Assembly: GCF_041146345.1 (NCBI RefSeq)
Contig: NW_027191404.1
Location: 1,798,001 to 1,862,000 of the forward strand
Length of the DNA stretch: 64,000 nt
Origin: Neodothiora populina
Lineage: Eukaryota
Direction of reading: 5' to 3'
Position 1 is the first letter of the stretch. Every line of letters starts with the position of its first letter. The translations under genes and the position numbers were made by a program. A model generated the notes under the pieces. The model made no database searches, was not told the origin of the DNA, and was given only the letters and a program-made list of their open reading frames with translations. Below are positions 18,490 through 29,272 of the stretch, piece after piece.

Positions 18490-19521
18490 CTAGCGCAAAT
18501 CGGCAGCACCAAACACTTTCATCATACCACTGATTTTGAATTGCAGCGGTACCGCACCGTTGGACGAGCCATGCGGCGATCCGACCCTGGGATGATCAAC
18601 AAGCGAATAAGGGATAGTAGTACCAAGATAAGAGGCCAGGGTTGCACGAATCTTGGTATCTCCGATCACCTCATCCTCGCTCGCGATGGCACCGTTTACG
18701 AGGAATAGGATTGTACCAAAGACAACAAATAAGAAGAGGACGTAGGCTGTGGCGAACCAGAAAGTGTTGGTCCTGACAGTAGCGGCCCAGCCTGTAGGAG
18801 GCTCGTCGTCGGGTCTGTAATGCAAAATCTCATGGAAAGCATCCGCGGGGTATGTCTGACCAAACTTCATTTGCGATAGTGCATTCTCGCCCCAGTGCGG
18901 GTTGTTGCCAGTGCCCAAGAGTTGTTCGACCTCCCTCTGCTTCTTTCCAAGAAGATTTGCGCTCCATCGCAAGTAGCTGTGCGTGGTCCTAACGAATTCG
19001 AGACGAGGAGTGAAAGAATCAGCAATATCTGGATTCTGGGTCTTCACTTCGATAATGTCCTCTTGGATGCTCTGAGCAATACTTTTCAGGGCGTTGGTGT
19101 CCTTGTTACTGAGCTTCTGATGGCGGACCATATGCGCGATAATCTGTGTGATGCTCAGTGCATATCCTTCCCATTGAAGACGCCAACGTCTACGTTCGCG
19201 CTGAAGACTACCAATACCCTCATCGAAAGGAAGATGAGGGGCGAGATCTTGCAGGAGAGGCGGCATCAAGGAGGGCTTGCGTAGATTCTCCCATGGGGGT
19301 CTGCCTTCGGGAGTGAGCTTGGTATTGTCGCTCTTGGGATTGCCCTTTCCTTTGCGGGCGATTTTGATAGTGCCGTTGTCGGTCGTTGTGACTTCGTGGC
19401 CTTCAGGCACATGTGTACCAGCAGGAAGTTTGCTTAGAGCGACATTACTTCCATTTCCTCCTTCGGTGTTTCCAGCACCGATCTCTTCGAGATCTGGGAA
19501 GGGAGTGCTAGCGGTGCTCAT
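18490..19521 (-). CDS. Hypothetical protein (about 343 aa), unknown function
   Basis: Long uninterrupted ORF; likely ATG at 19521; one hydrophobic segment near the C-terminus; no recognisable domain. Confidence 0.55.
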   Translation of the reverse strand: MSTASTPFPDLEEIGAGNTEGGNGSNVALSKLPAGTHVPEGHEVTTTDNGTIKIARKGKGNPKSDNTKLTPEGRPPWENLRKPSLMPPLLQDLAPHLPFDEGIGSLQRERRRWRLQWEGYALSITQIIAHMVRHQKLSNKDTNALKSIAQSIQEDIIEVKTQNPDIADSFTPRLEFVRTTHSYLRWSANLLGKKQREVEQLLGTGNNPHWGENALSQMKFGQTYPADAFHEILHYRPDDEPPTGWAATVRTNTFWFATAYVLFLFVVFGTILFLVNGAIASEDEVIGDTKIRATLASYLGTTIPYSLVDHPRVGSPHGSSNGAVPLQFKISGMMKVFGAADLR

Positions 19522-19845
19522 AATTGCTGTAGTCAAAGATAAGAAATTGTGTTTTCGGGTTGGTAGAGGTGAATCAGAAAGGATGCAGGAGAAGAGGGTG
19601 CTTTTTATCTTCATCGGGTTCTTTGTTCGACGTCCTCACTTCCGCACACGGACATCGAGTCTGTTCGGGTTCGACCATATAGATGTATCAGTGATGTGTT
19701 CGAGATGAGACAAAGGATTCCACATGCGGTCCATAGTAAGTGGTCAATGACTTGAGATAGAGCTCCTCCGTGGGCAATACCTAGGATTGCTGCAACATTT
19801 TAACGGCCATCGTGCCCGGAGATCCCATTCAAATGACTACAGTAG

Positions 19846-20491
19846 TTACGTGTCCTTGATGTCGTTACGATAGACATCAACATCGAAGAAGGTTTTCACT
19901 GCCCAAGAATGTCCAGTGACCCTGTAACAAATGTGTACTTAGCTTTGCAACATACAACAAAAACCAAGAGAGGTACTTTGACGCAGCACCGTGAGGAAAG
20001 AAAACTCACCAAATAGGTCCGCCCCTCCAAGGCGACAACACGTTCGCCCTCCCAATCCTCCGTCTCTCGACCAACTTCTCCATGATCTCGCCCTTTTGGA
20101 ACAACCGCACATCCCGCCCACTTACCCTGCCCTGCGAATCTGCAGCAAGCGCCCATACGCCAAACGCATCAAGCTTAGATATCGCGCCATTGACGGCCCC
20201 TACGAGCTCAAGCGCACCATATCTCCTGTCCTCATCAATGCGAAAAGCACCCGGTCCACCGAGCAACTTGCGGGTTGAACGCACCGTCGGTACGTGGATG
20301 CTGAAGTAGCCCGAGTTGCGGAAGACAATGTGACGGATCAAAGCCAGCGCGAGTGCGAAGGGAAAATTCAAGCCCACGGACAGGTCGCCACGCAGGGAGT
20401 CCAGGAAAGTGATCGTGGTTGTGTTTGGGTGGGCGGAGCGGACTGCGAAGAAGGAGAGTAGACGATGGAAGGCTGGGTTTGAAGATGTCAT
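19846..20491 (-). CDS. Hypothetical protein with weak caleosin-like similarity (2 exons)
   Basis: ORF 20006-20491 splices via GTGAGT..TTACAG to WVTGHSWAVKTFFDVDVYRNDIKDT*; ITFLDSLRG and WALAADSQGRVSGRDVRLFQKG resemble the caleosin layout. Confidence 0.6.
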
Positions 20492-20768
20492 GTTTGTAGC
20501 GCTGTTGTTTTCTTTGTTGTAAAATCAGGAATGTAAAGTAAATATATATATTGTCGAGGCACATGCAATTTGAATGAGATATACAACCGTCTTTGCAAAT
20601 GTACCTTACCTACATTGGTTTCTTTTCCTATCCAATATTATGGGTGCTAGCACGAAGACGAATTTAAGGTACCTTACCTTAGCGTTGTCACTGAGTGTAA
20701 CGATGATTCGGTCGTTAAAGTCTCCCCAAATAGTGACCTCATTGATTTTTCTTAGTGTTGTGTCCAAC

Positions 20769-21334
20769 TCCGCGTACAAGTCGATTTAGATGCGGAACAG
20801 GGCAAACCTACCTGGTATTGAGGTTTAAGGCTGCCGCGAGGCTTAAGATTCCAAACCTAAGGACTTTCGCAATTACTTACTTCAATTATCACCTATACGC
20901 CTGTACTCGAGACATTCCGAATGGGAAGTTCAGGGAGCTCTTCACCCATCATCGTCTGCTCAAGGCTGCCGCGAGGCTCAAGATCCCAAACCTGAGGACT
21001 TTCGCATACCTGGTACCTTACCTTAGGCAACGCAGGAGAAGCAGGCACAACACCACCACAACGAGCGCAGGCTCAAATAACGCCGGTTCCCCAGGGGTAA
21101 GTCATAACAGCTTATACAGTGGTATATAATCCCTGAGATGTGACCGAGTTTGGGTGTGTGCCTGCTAATCGTCCTCTGCCCCGCGCAATGTTGCAGTATC
21201 GCTCTCGCAAGATCATGGTATCTGCGCCCGGTCTCCTCAAAGCTTACGAGTTTCTTCCGCTCGCGCGGCGGCCGCTTGCTTGTTGAGGAAAAAGAAGAGA
21301 TGAGCTTCCACGAAAGAATTATGTATACCTACTC
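20769..21334. repeat. Dispersed degenerate repeat, copy 2, interrupted by an approximately 200-bp insert
   Basis: Direct copy of 17791-18220; extra segment 20809-21015 is absent from copy 1. Confidence 0.85.
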
Positions 21335-21667
21335 CGTAAGACGGGGTCACGTGATCGTCCATGAGGCTATCCGTAAATTTCTTGCACTTGCATCGTATGT
21401 ATGTGTACAAAGTATACCACCACTTGGGCAACGAGACGGTCTCTGGTGACATGTCGTGTGGTGGGGGATGACGCCCAAGCTTAAATCGTGACATGATTCG
21501 CTTCGCCGCAGACTGGAGTCATGATGGGACGATCGACTGGACCCTTTGCTCCGGCCTGAGGTCGAGCTCCTTCCCACATGTTATATTTTATATCGCAACT
21601 ACACCACTTGTGCCTTTATTTCTTCTCCGGCTAGTGCACTCTTCTGAAGGCATTGACATACAGCACA

Positions 21668-22997
21668 ATGAACACATCCCCTCTCATTTCGGCACTTCGC
21701 CGCTCAGCACAATCCACACGAACATCTACTTTGAGCAGGACCGTTCGTCTTCGGGATGTGAGATTGAACAAGACTCAAGCCCGCTGGATAGGTGACCATG
21801 GGGGACGACCACCGCATCCTCCGGGAGCACAAGAACCGAGCAGAGTCATTGCCCCCAAGACGCGCATTGCAGTGGGCATCGTCTTCGTGGGATCTCTCAT
21901 CTACTCGATGGTCCGTAATAACATCTCTTCCAAACCCGAGCTGAAAGCAATAGAGAGACATTACTGATCCAAACCCAGGCAACTGGCAATGTCGAGCACA
22001 CCGAGGCACCATCCATCGCAGAGCGCGATCAACTAAGTAAGCGCGAATCCGGTGTGACCCAAGCCTCTCCCATGCGTCTGCGAATGGAGAAGTTTATAAA
22101 AGAAAAGCAGGAGGAGATCGTCCGCGCTCTTGAAGAAGTCGACGGCACCCGCTTCACCATCGACAAGTGGGATCGCCCCAATGGCGGAGGTGGCATCACC
22201 TGTGTGCTACAAGATGGAAAGGTCTTTGAGAAGGGGGAGTCAACACATCAATTGTCTACGGTACGCTACCGCGAGCGGCAATCACTAAAATGCGAGTCAA
22301 TCACAAGGCGTTGGATCCCGATGTCGAGAGTTTGGAGTTTTTTGCTGCCGGCTTGAGCATGGTCCTACACCCCTCCAACCCCATGGCACCGACCGTCCAT
22401 CTGAACTACCGCTACTTTGAGACGGCCAACGCAGATGGCTCGTCAAACGCATGGTGGTTTGGCGGTGGTACCGATCTGACTCCTAGCTACCTCTTTGACG
22501 AGGACGCCATTCATTTCCACAAGACCATTAAGGAGGCTTGCGACAAGCACGACAAGAGCTACTACCCGAAATTTAAGGAGTGGTGCGACAAGTACTTTTA
22601 CATCCCCCACAGAGGCGAATCAAGAGGTATCGGTGGCATATTCTTCGATGATCTGGACGAGTCGGAGAAGGACCAGGAGGACTTGTTTGCATTCTGCCAG
22701 TCCTGTCTCAACGCCTTCTTGCCATCATACATCCCCATCATCGAAAAGAGAAAGGTCATGCCCTTTACCGAGAAGGAAAAAGCATGGCAGCAGTTGCGAC
22801 GAGGACGCTATGTGGAATTCAACCTTGTTCACGACCGCGGCACCGCGTTTGGCTTGAACACCCCTGGCTCAAGAGTCGAGAGCATCCTCATGAGTCTTCC
22901 GTTGACCGCCAGATGGCAGTACATGCACGCACCTGAAAAGGGTGGCAGAGAGCAGAGGCTCATGGATGTGCTAAAGCAGCCTAAGGAATGGGTGTAA
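21668..22997 (+). CDS. HEM13: Coproporphyrinogen III oxidase (oxygen-dependent); apparent 1-bp frameshift at the G-run 22233-22237
   Basis: [59 protein letters not shown] motifs; intron 21911-21978; N-terminal presequence plus TM segment. Confidence 0.95.
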
Positions 22998-24939
22998 ATA
23001 AAGAGAACAAGTCCGGCGCTTGATCGATAGATGTACCAATAATCAATACTCCTGTACGATATCAACCTCCTACATATGTTCATCTGCCTACAAGTGCTTT
23101 ATCCCATCAGCTTGGAACTGCACCTATCGACCCTCACTAACGAACTAAGAGGAGTAATTAAGCATTCATGGTGATTGTTCTGGTACAGCACAGCAACACT
23201 CGAATGGTCAATTGTAAGTCCTGCAGCTAACATTGAGTTACCTTACCTTTTCTAGTTCAGTATACCTTACATGAAGTGCAAAGCTCAAGACCTCACTCAT
23301 GCGAAAAGCCAAGACAGGTGATCATATCTAGGCAGCAGTAATCGAATATACTGGAAGATCATTTGGTCAAGACGTATATTTTTCTCTATGGAAGGAACGA
23401 TGAACCATGTACTTGGTGCTGTAGCCTTCCAAGTTCTCTCTCTACTCAGTCAGATGAAGCTTCTCTTCCTCTCCTGATCATACTTTTCACTTCAAGCCAC
23501 AATGATCGTCAATCTATCTGCCCCAGATGATATATCAATCCCGACTTCAGATCCTTCATGGGGGATCATCCCTATTCAAAACACTGAGTGCAGAGTCCAG
23601 ACACAATTGTTCGAACAGAGCGTTCGGCTTCTACGATTTCCTGCGTATTGCGATCGAGACACTAGACCAAGACTACTTACTGACGATGGTTGTCGCCTGA
23701 TTGCCCATAAGTGCGGTCTGAACATCGTAGAGCTCTTACTCGATGATGATTTCACTGCTTTGCTGGAAGAACTCCCCGACTTTACTGTCGTGCTTCTCCA
23801 GTCATGCTTCTCCAGGCAGTCGTTGAAATCTACGACCCAGAACCATTCTCGGCTGAGTTCAGAGCCAAGCACGACGCTCCTCCTATGACATAAGATCCCA
23901 TACCACTCGGAGAATTACCTGACTTCACTGTCATGTGAGACGTTCAGGGCGCTCTTCACTCATCGTCTGCTTCCTTACACCATACATCTAGAAGGCGTTT
24001 AGATTCATGACATTCCTTTCCTTCCTGCACTTCTTTAGGATTCTTCACAATTCTATAATGCGCGGGCACTGATACAATTTGTCACCTTTCTTAAGCTCAT
24101 CTTGACTAACAGACCTTCTCTTCTACAACACTTGAGGATTATTCGTTATTTCGCTGAGCACTTTGAAATGTCAAATACTTCAATTTTGTTCCGCCTCATC
24201 GGCGTGTTGGCGCTGTGCGCATAATACATCGTGCCTTGCTTCACAGCCTATTCCGAGTGAGCTATCATATCTTGAGATATCAGTTCTGTCGTTAGCCTGC
24301 TTGTATGGCCCTGTCCCGCAGCCTGTTCGAACAATTGTGTCTGGACTCAATTGCGAAAGTCCTCAGGTTTGGAATCTTAAGCCTCGCAGCAGTCTTGAGC
24401 AGACGATGGTGGGTGAAGAGCGCCCTGAATCTGTTCGAACAATTGTGTCTGCTGAGCGAAAAGAGAGAAGACTCGACGAGATGGCTGTATATACCTACTT
24501 CATAAGACAGCTTTACTCGTGACGGTACAACGTTCCTGCCATAGCAACAACGATGTCAAAGGTCAAGCGAGTGATAGCCACTGTGGTAGCGGAATACGAT
24601 AATTGTCTTACACCTCACTTTTCATTTCCAAATGTCCACAATCACTGTGTGATTATTAGATCTCGACATGATTCGCTCTATTTCACTGAGGTTGTCCTTT
24701 AGCATTGTAAAATACCTACCTCAGTTGTTGCTCGATTTGAGCGGTCGCTCCCTCCTACAGTACATTAGGACAATTCCAATATATTCGTCCTCGCTGTACT
24801 GTACCTTAGGTAGTTACTGTAAGGCTTGAAGCTTGGGCCATGATGTGTGAAGCAACGCTTGACGGCATCCAAAGTCTACACGACTGCATGCTTCACTTGA
24901 TCGAGTGAACAACTAATTAACCACCAAGAAAACGTAATA

Positions 24940-25732
24940 ATGCAATTCACGACCGCTTTACAAGCAGCTCTCCTGGGCTTTTGCGCCGTGTCTGAAGCGG
25001 CGAAACTCGTCGTCTCCATCCCGTCGTCACCACCGCTCCTCCCAAACCCAGCAGCTCTCCCAGCATCCACACATGCAACACTGCTGGGCGCTGCTGGCCA
25101 GCACTACGATGCACGTCTCACCCGATCAAACACTCTTCTCTTCGACGACCTCACGCCAGGTTCTTACCTCCTAGACGTCCACACGCGCGACTTTTCGTTC
25201 CCATCGCTCAGGGTAGAGGTATCCGTCAGCCAAGCCGACGGCGACGAGACCGATGCGCAAGAGCTCATCCAAGGCTGGCAAACCTTCTTGGGCAATGAGT
25301 GGAACAACCGCGGTGCAAGCTATGGAGAGCAAAAGGGGGAGCTGCTGATCACCCTGTCGCCAAACCAATATAAGCAGTACTACCAGAAGCGTGAGGGGTT
25401 CAATATCATGGGTCTCTTCAAGAATCCCATGATTCTAATGGGTCTTTTCTCCGCCGTTTTGATCTTCGGCATGCCATATCTCATGGATAACAGTAAGTTG
25501 CATATCAGGAGACCCAGTCAAAATACAGACTGGTTGCTAACTCTTATTGCTTATAGTGGACGAAGAGACCAAGGCCGAGTTCGAGGAGATGCAGAAGAGC
25601 AGCCCCATCAGCGGTTCTCAAGGTGCCGCTGCTCAAATCCAGAATTTCGATCTTGCATCATGGATGGCTGGCAAATCGGGCGACTCGGGCGCGAGTAGCA
25701 AAGCACCCAGCGCGAAGGTCAAAGCAAAGTAG
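24940..25732 (+). CDS. EMC7: ER membrane protein complex subunit 7-like (DUF2012)
   Basis: Signal peptide, F.DLTPGSYLLDV, YYQKREGFNIMGLFKNPMILMG, MPYLMDNMDEETKAEFEEMQ after intron 25493-25556. Confidence 0.88.
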
Positions 25733-25904
25733 AGTTAGAAGCAGTGAATAAAGCACACATGTACTAATGAAAATGACCTTTCTTGTACAGCGTATACTTC
25801 AGGCATGATAAATATTACACAAGCACAAATCTCGCGGTCACCGATACAGTAAGACTCCACTGATGAACGTCATATGGAAGAGACCTGGACAGGGTATTTC
25901 TCTG

Positions 25905-26080
25905 GCATTGCTCGTGCAGAGGAAACGCGCAAGCTTGCTGTCAAGAAAGCAATTCAAGATACCGAGCGCGGATGCCAGGATATTGCGCGAGCGAAGGTGC
26001 TGCAACGACTGCGAGAGGCAGAATACAGGCACCCGACCAAATTCATTTGCATGTCGTGGAACGCATGTCATTATGAACCT
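25905..26080. repeat. Dispersed degenerate repeat, copy 3 (inverted; reading frame ARAEETRKL...DIARAKVLQRLREAE still open)
   Basis: Reverse complement matches 17940-18095 (GGATATTGCG..GCGAAGGT.CTG.AACGACTGCGAGAGGCAGAA). Confidence 0.8.
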
Positions 26081-27129
26081 CTACTTATTTCTTCATAGCC
26101 CATCAGAAATGACGTTCCACATCTTGAGATGAAGGAAAGATATGACAGGCTGCTACTGTTTATGGCAGGCCATCCTAATGTTATCTCGATGTTGAGCAAC
26201 TACATTACAGCGGTTGCGAAACCAGCATCGAGTAATACGCGTATTGAAATGGGCTGAACCGGGATGATAATTGCTCGAGGAGACCGATCGATACGATGTA
26301 CATATGATCTTCATATCTTGAAAGCCGCCCTTTCATTACGCTCTGTTCGAGAGCTCCTTAGGCGCCCCTCTTCTATTCTCCTGCGGATGGCGAGTTGTCT
26401 GCGAGTATATTACTACAGCTTACCTGTAAACTTAGGCGCTAAGATCGCATATACTTCATAGACTCTGAGTCACATTGCCTTCACTATGCCAACTATCTCT
26501 AGATCGGACATCTATTAGGACCTGCTTGACATTGCACTGCTGATAGGCAAGGCAGGAAGGCACCGTAATTGAATGAAGAAAGTCTAAGTGAAGTCTAGCT
26601 CTGTCCCATGAACGACAATTGAGATGATATCAATAACAGCTGCGACACTGAGATACTGTAGCTGTAGTTGTGGCTGTGGCTGTGCTGTGGCTGGGGCTAT
26701 AGCACGTACAGTACGGCAGTCATCACAGTGAGTGACAGAATACATGACTGCTGACATCGGAAATGGCTCACTGTAGCTTGCCCTCACCGAACTCACATAG
26801 AAGATGTTAAGAATGAGCATTGGAAGATGGTCTCGTGTAGTAACATTTGAGGTCATGGTCCTTGTCAATCACTATGTATGGTTGTGAGTGAGGTCGTATC
26901 TGCGCGTGTATACGAGATTATGCCAAAGTGAAATCCACCGTCCGCTTACGATTGACTGAAGGACAAGCTTTGAGCGAGCGTCTACTATACACATAGGTGC
27001 CTCTCAATTCCTCAAGTTTATAGCGGATGGCGAAAACAGCGGTTACTAGGTAGGCTATATCGAAGCCGAGGTAGCGGTACCAAATCTACCACTAGAAGTG
27101 AATTTCTATGAATACAAGAGCAAAAAGAA

Positions 27130-28878
27130 CCATCCGTAAGAAGAGGTAGATAGGGACTTGAGTGTACCACATCAGCAAATGAATGTGGTCGAGGAGTGCA
27201 CCATTCGTGGCATCATGTATAATGAGCCATCCGTAAGAGGACTGAAACATCCGTACGAGGTAGCGACACATAAGTAAGGCTTAGAGAGACGTAGAGACCT
27301 GGGTAGCAGTAAGAGCCATCCGTAAGAAGCGGTGCAGAGGCACTTAAGCACAACACTTTAGTAAAGAAGTGTAGGAGAGGTACAGGACGAGTGTAGCGAC
27401 AGGAACTCTAAGAAGTAAGGCCTAGAGGAAGATAAAACAATTCAGAAGCAATAAGAGCCATCCGTAAGAATTAATATAACGGCATTCAAGTATGGTACAT
27501 GAGTGGAGAGCAGTGAGGATGAGCATCGGCGAAGAGCAGTAAGGATGCGAAGAGCAGTAAGGAGGAGCATCGGAGAGGAATATTACATTTATTAAGAATG
27601 TCCATACATTCGCCTAAAGGATAGTTCAGATAAATGACTACTATTGGTAACCACCCGTTGTTGTATATAAATGGCTAAGCCTGAAGTACTTAGAACTTGG
27701 CAAAGATACTAAATGAAGCTTAGGTCGACTTACCACCCGTTAGGGTCATAACCTTTGCGTATAGAACTCAAGTAAGAAGACCTACATAACTGCAAAACAG
27801 CTCAAGCAGTTATCATATGGAGAACAGTCCGAGGGCGAAGAAATTATACACTGACCCAATTTTGCTATAGCCCGACAACCTGCTGGCCATCATGAAGGGT
27901 TATTTACGGATGGCTAGATTGTTTCTGGTAAGGAGAGCTTAGTATGACCGAGACTTAAGGAAAAAACCGCACGGACAAAAATACTAATAGTACGCGACGA
28001 ACCTGGGGTAGTTCGCAAGCATCCCAATAGACCTGCGATGCTCTAGGTACTGTACCCACAGTAGGTACCTTAGCTAACAGGCGGCGACTGTACTTGTGAA
28101 CAAGGCGGCATACTTACGGGTGGCATTTCGCCAGTAGGGATTCCTTAGGTACTAGCGATTATCCCCTGGCTCTGAGCCCGCGATGCTCTAGCTACAGTAG
28201 CGAGCGAGACCGAGACCGAAACAGAGAATGTACTCGCTCAAGGAAGCGGCATACTTACGGGTGGCTATCATCCACCAGGTCTGCCAAAGTCCCCGCCATT
28301 AGGTACTGGTAATTCTTACTGAGCTTACGAGGGGCCGGATGTTCCTTTCATAAGATTGAAGACGACAGGCAACATTCCCTGCCGTTACTCGATAAGCCCT
28401 CCGATCCTTGGGACGCCGATACTGACACCCACTGTGGACCGAGAAGAGACGTGGTTGAAAGTAAAGTGTCTTTCTAGGTCAACATTTTAGCCGTGAGCGT
28501 GGGCTCTCGGGTAATTGTGGGTGCTTCATTCTTGGACGAGATAAGTAGATGACCGTGGCATTGAGAACACATTGCGCAGCAGACGAGCTGGAACATTGAC
28601 CTACTACTGATATCGAGCAAGGACTAGACTTGGCCTCTGATCGGAGCTGCCATCCGTTGGCGCAGATACGAACATTCTATCGAAAATACGTCTAGGAGAA
28701 GTATGGCTACGAACAAGACATTCTAGACTTACATAGCGGGCATTCATATTTGATTCATTACTAGATACTCTGCAGATGGACGATGATTATGCACTCTAAT
28801 GACCAAGTATGGCAATTCAATCATATGCTCCTTGCTTCACTTCGGCTTGACCAGTACAATCCCACAGCTTACGGGTGG
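27130..28878. repeat. ORF-free region with an array of the CCAYCCGTAAG motif in two opposed orientations
   Basis: Forward copies at 27130, 27227, 27316, 27458 (variants 27248, 27651, 27733); reverse copies at 27903, 28113, 28254, 28868; spacings of 142 and 141 bp; no ORF of 60 aa or more between 26868 and 28875. Confidence 0.8.
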
Positions 28879-29272
28879 ACAAGTTCGCGCCCTACAACGC
28901 TGGGTGGCGCGATGTGCTACTACTTCTAGGCCACACTCTGATCATTCACTTGTATAGCAGTTTGGCAGCAATCGCTCACTCTCAGAACATGTGTGGCACA
29001 GCGCGGTGCGTTCTCTCGTGTTTGGTTGACTTGCTCGTCAGTACGCCGATTGATCACTTCCATGTCATAGAGCTGATGTTTTATGCATCGGGAAAGAGCA
29101 GGACGACCTCAAAACAAACTCTACTGGGACATACAGATCTCTTCTTCCTCTTCTTCGTACCACATCTCTTCCTCCTCCTCCTCCTCCTCCTCCTCCTCCT
29201 CCTCTTCTTCTTCATACCACATCTCTTCTTGTTGCTCCCGCTTTCTTCTCACAACACATACTGCTATCCAAC

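Noticed and set aside
27130..27468. Repeat-spacer pattern resembling a CRISPR array
   Set aside because: Eukaryotic context, repeats only 11-24 bp, irregular spacers that are themselves related, and no cas genes.
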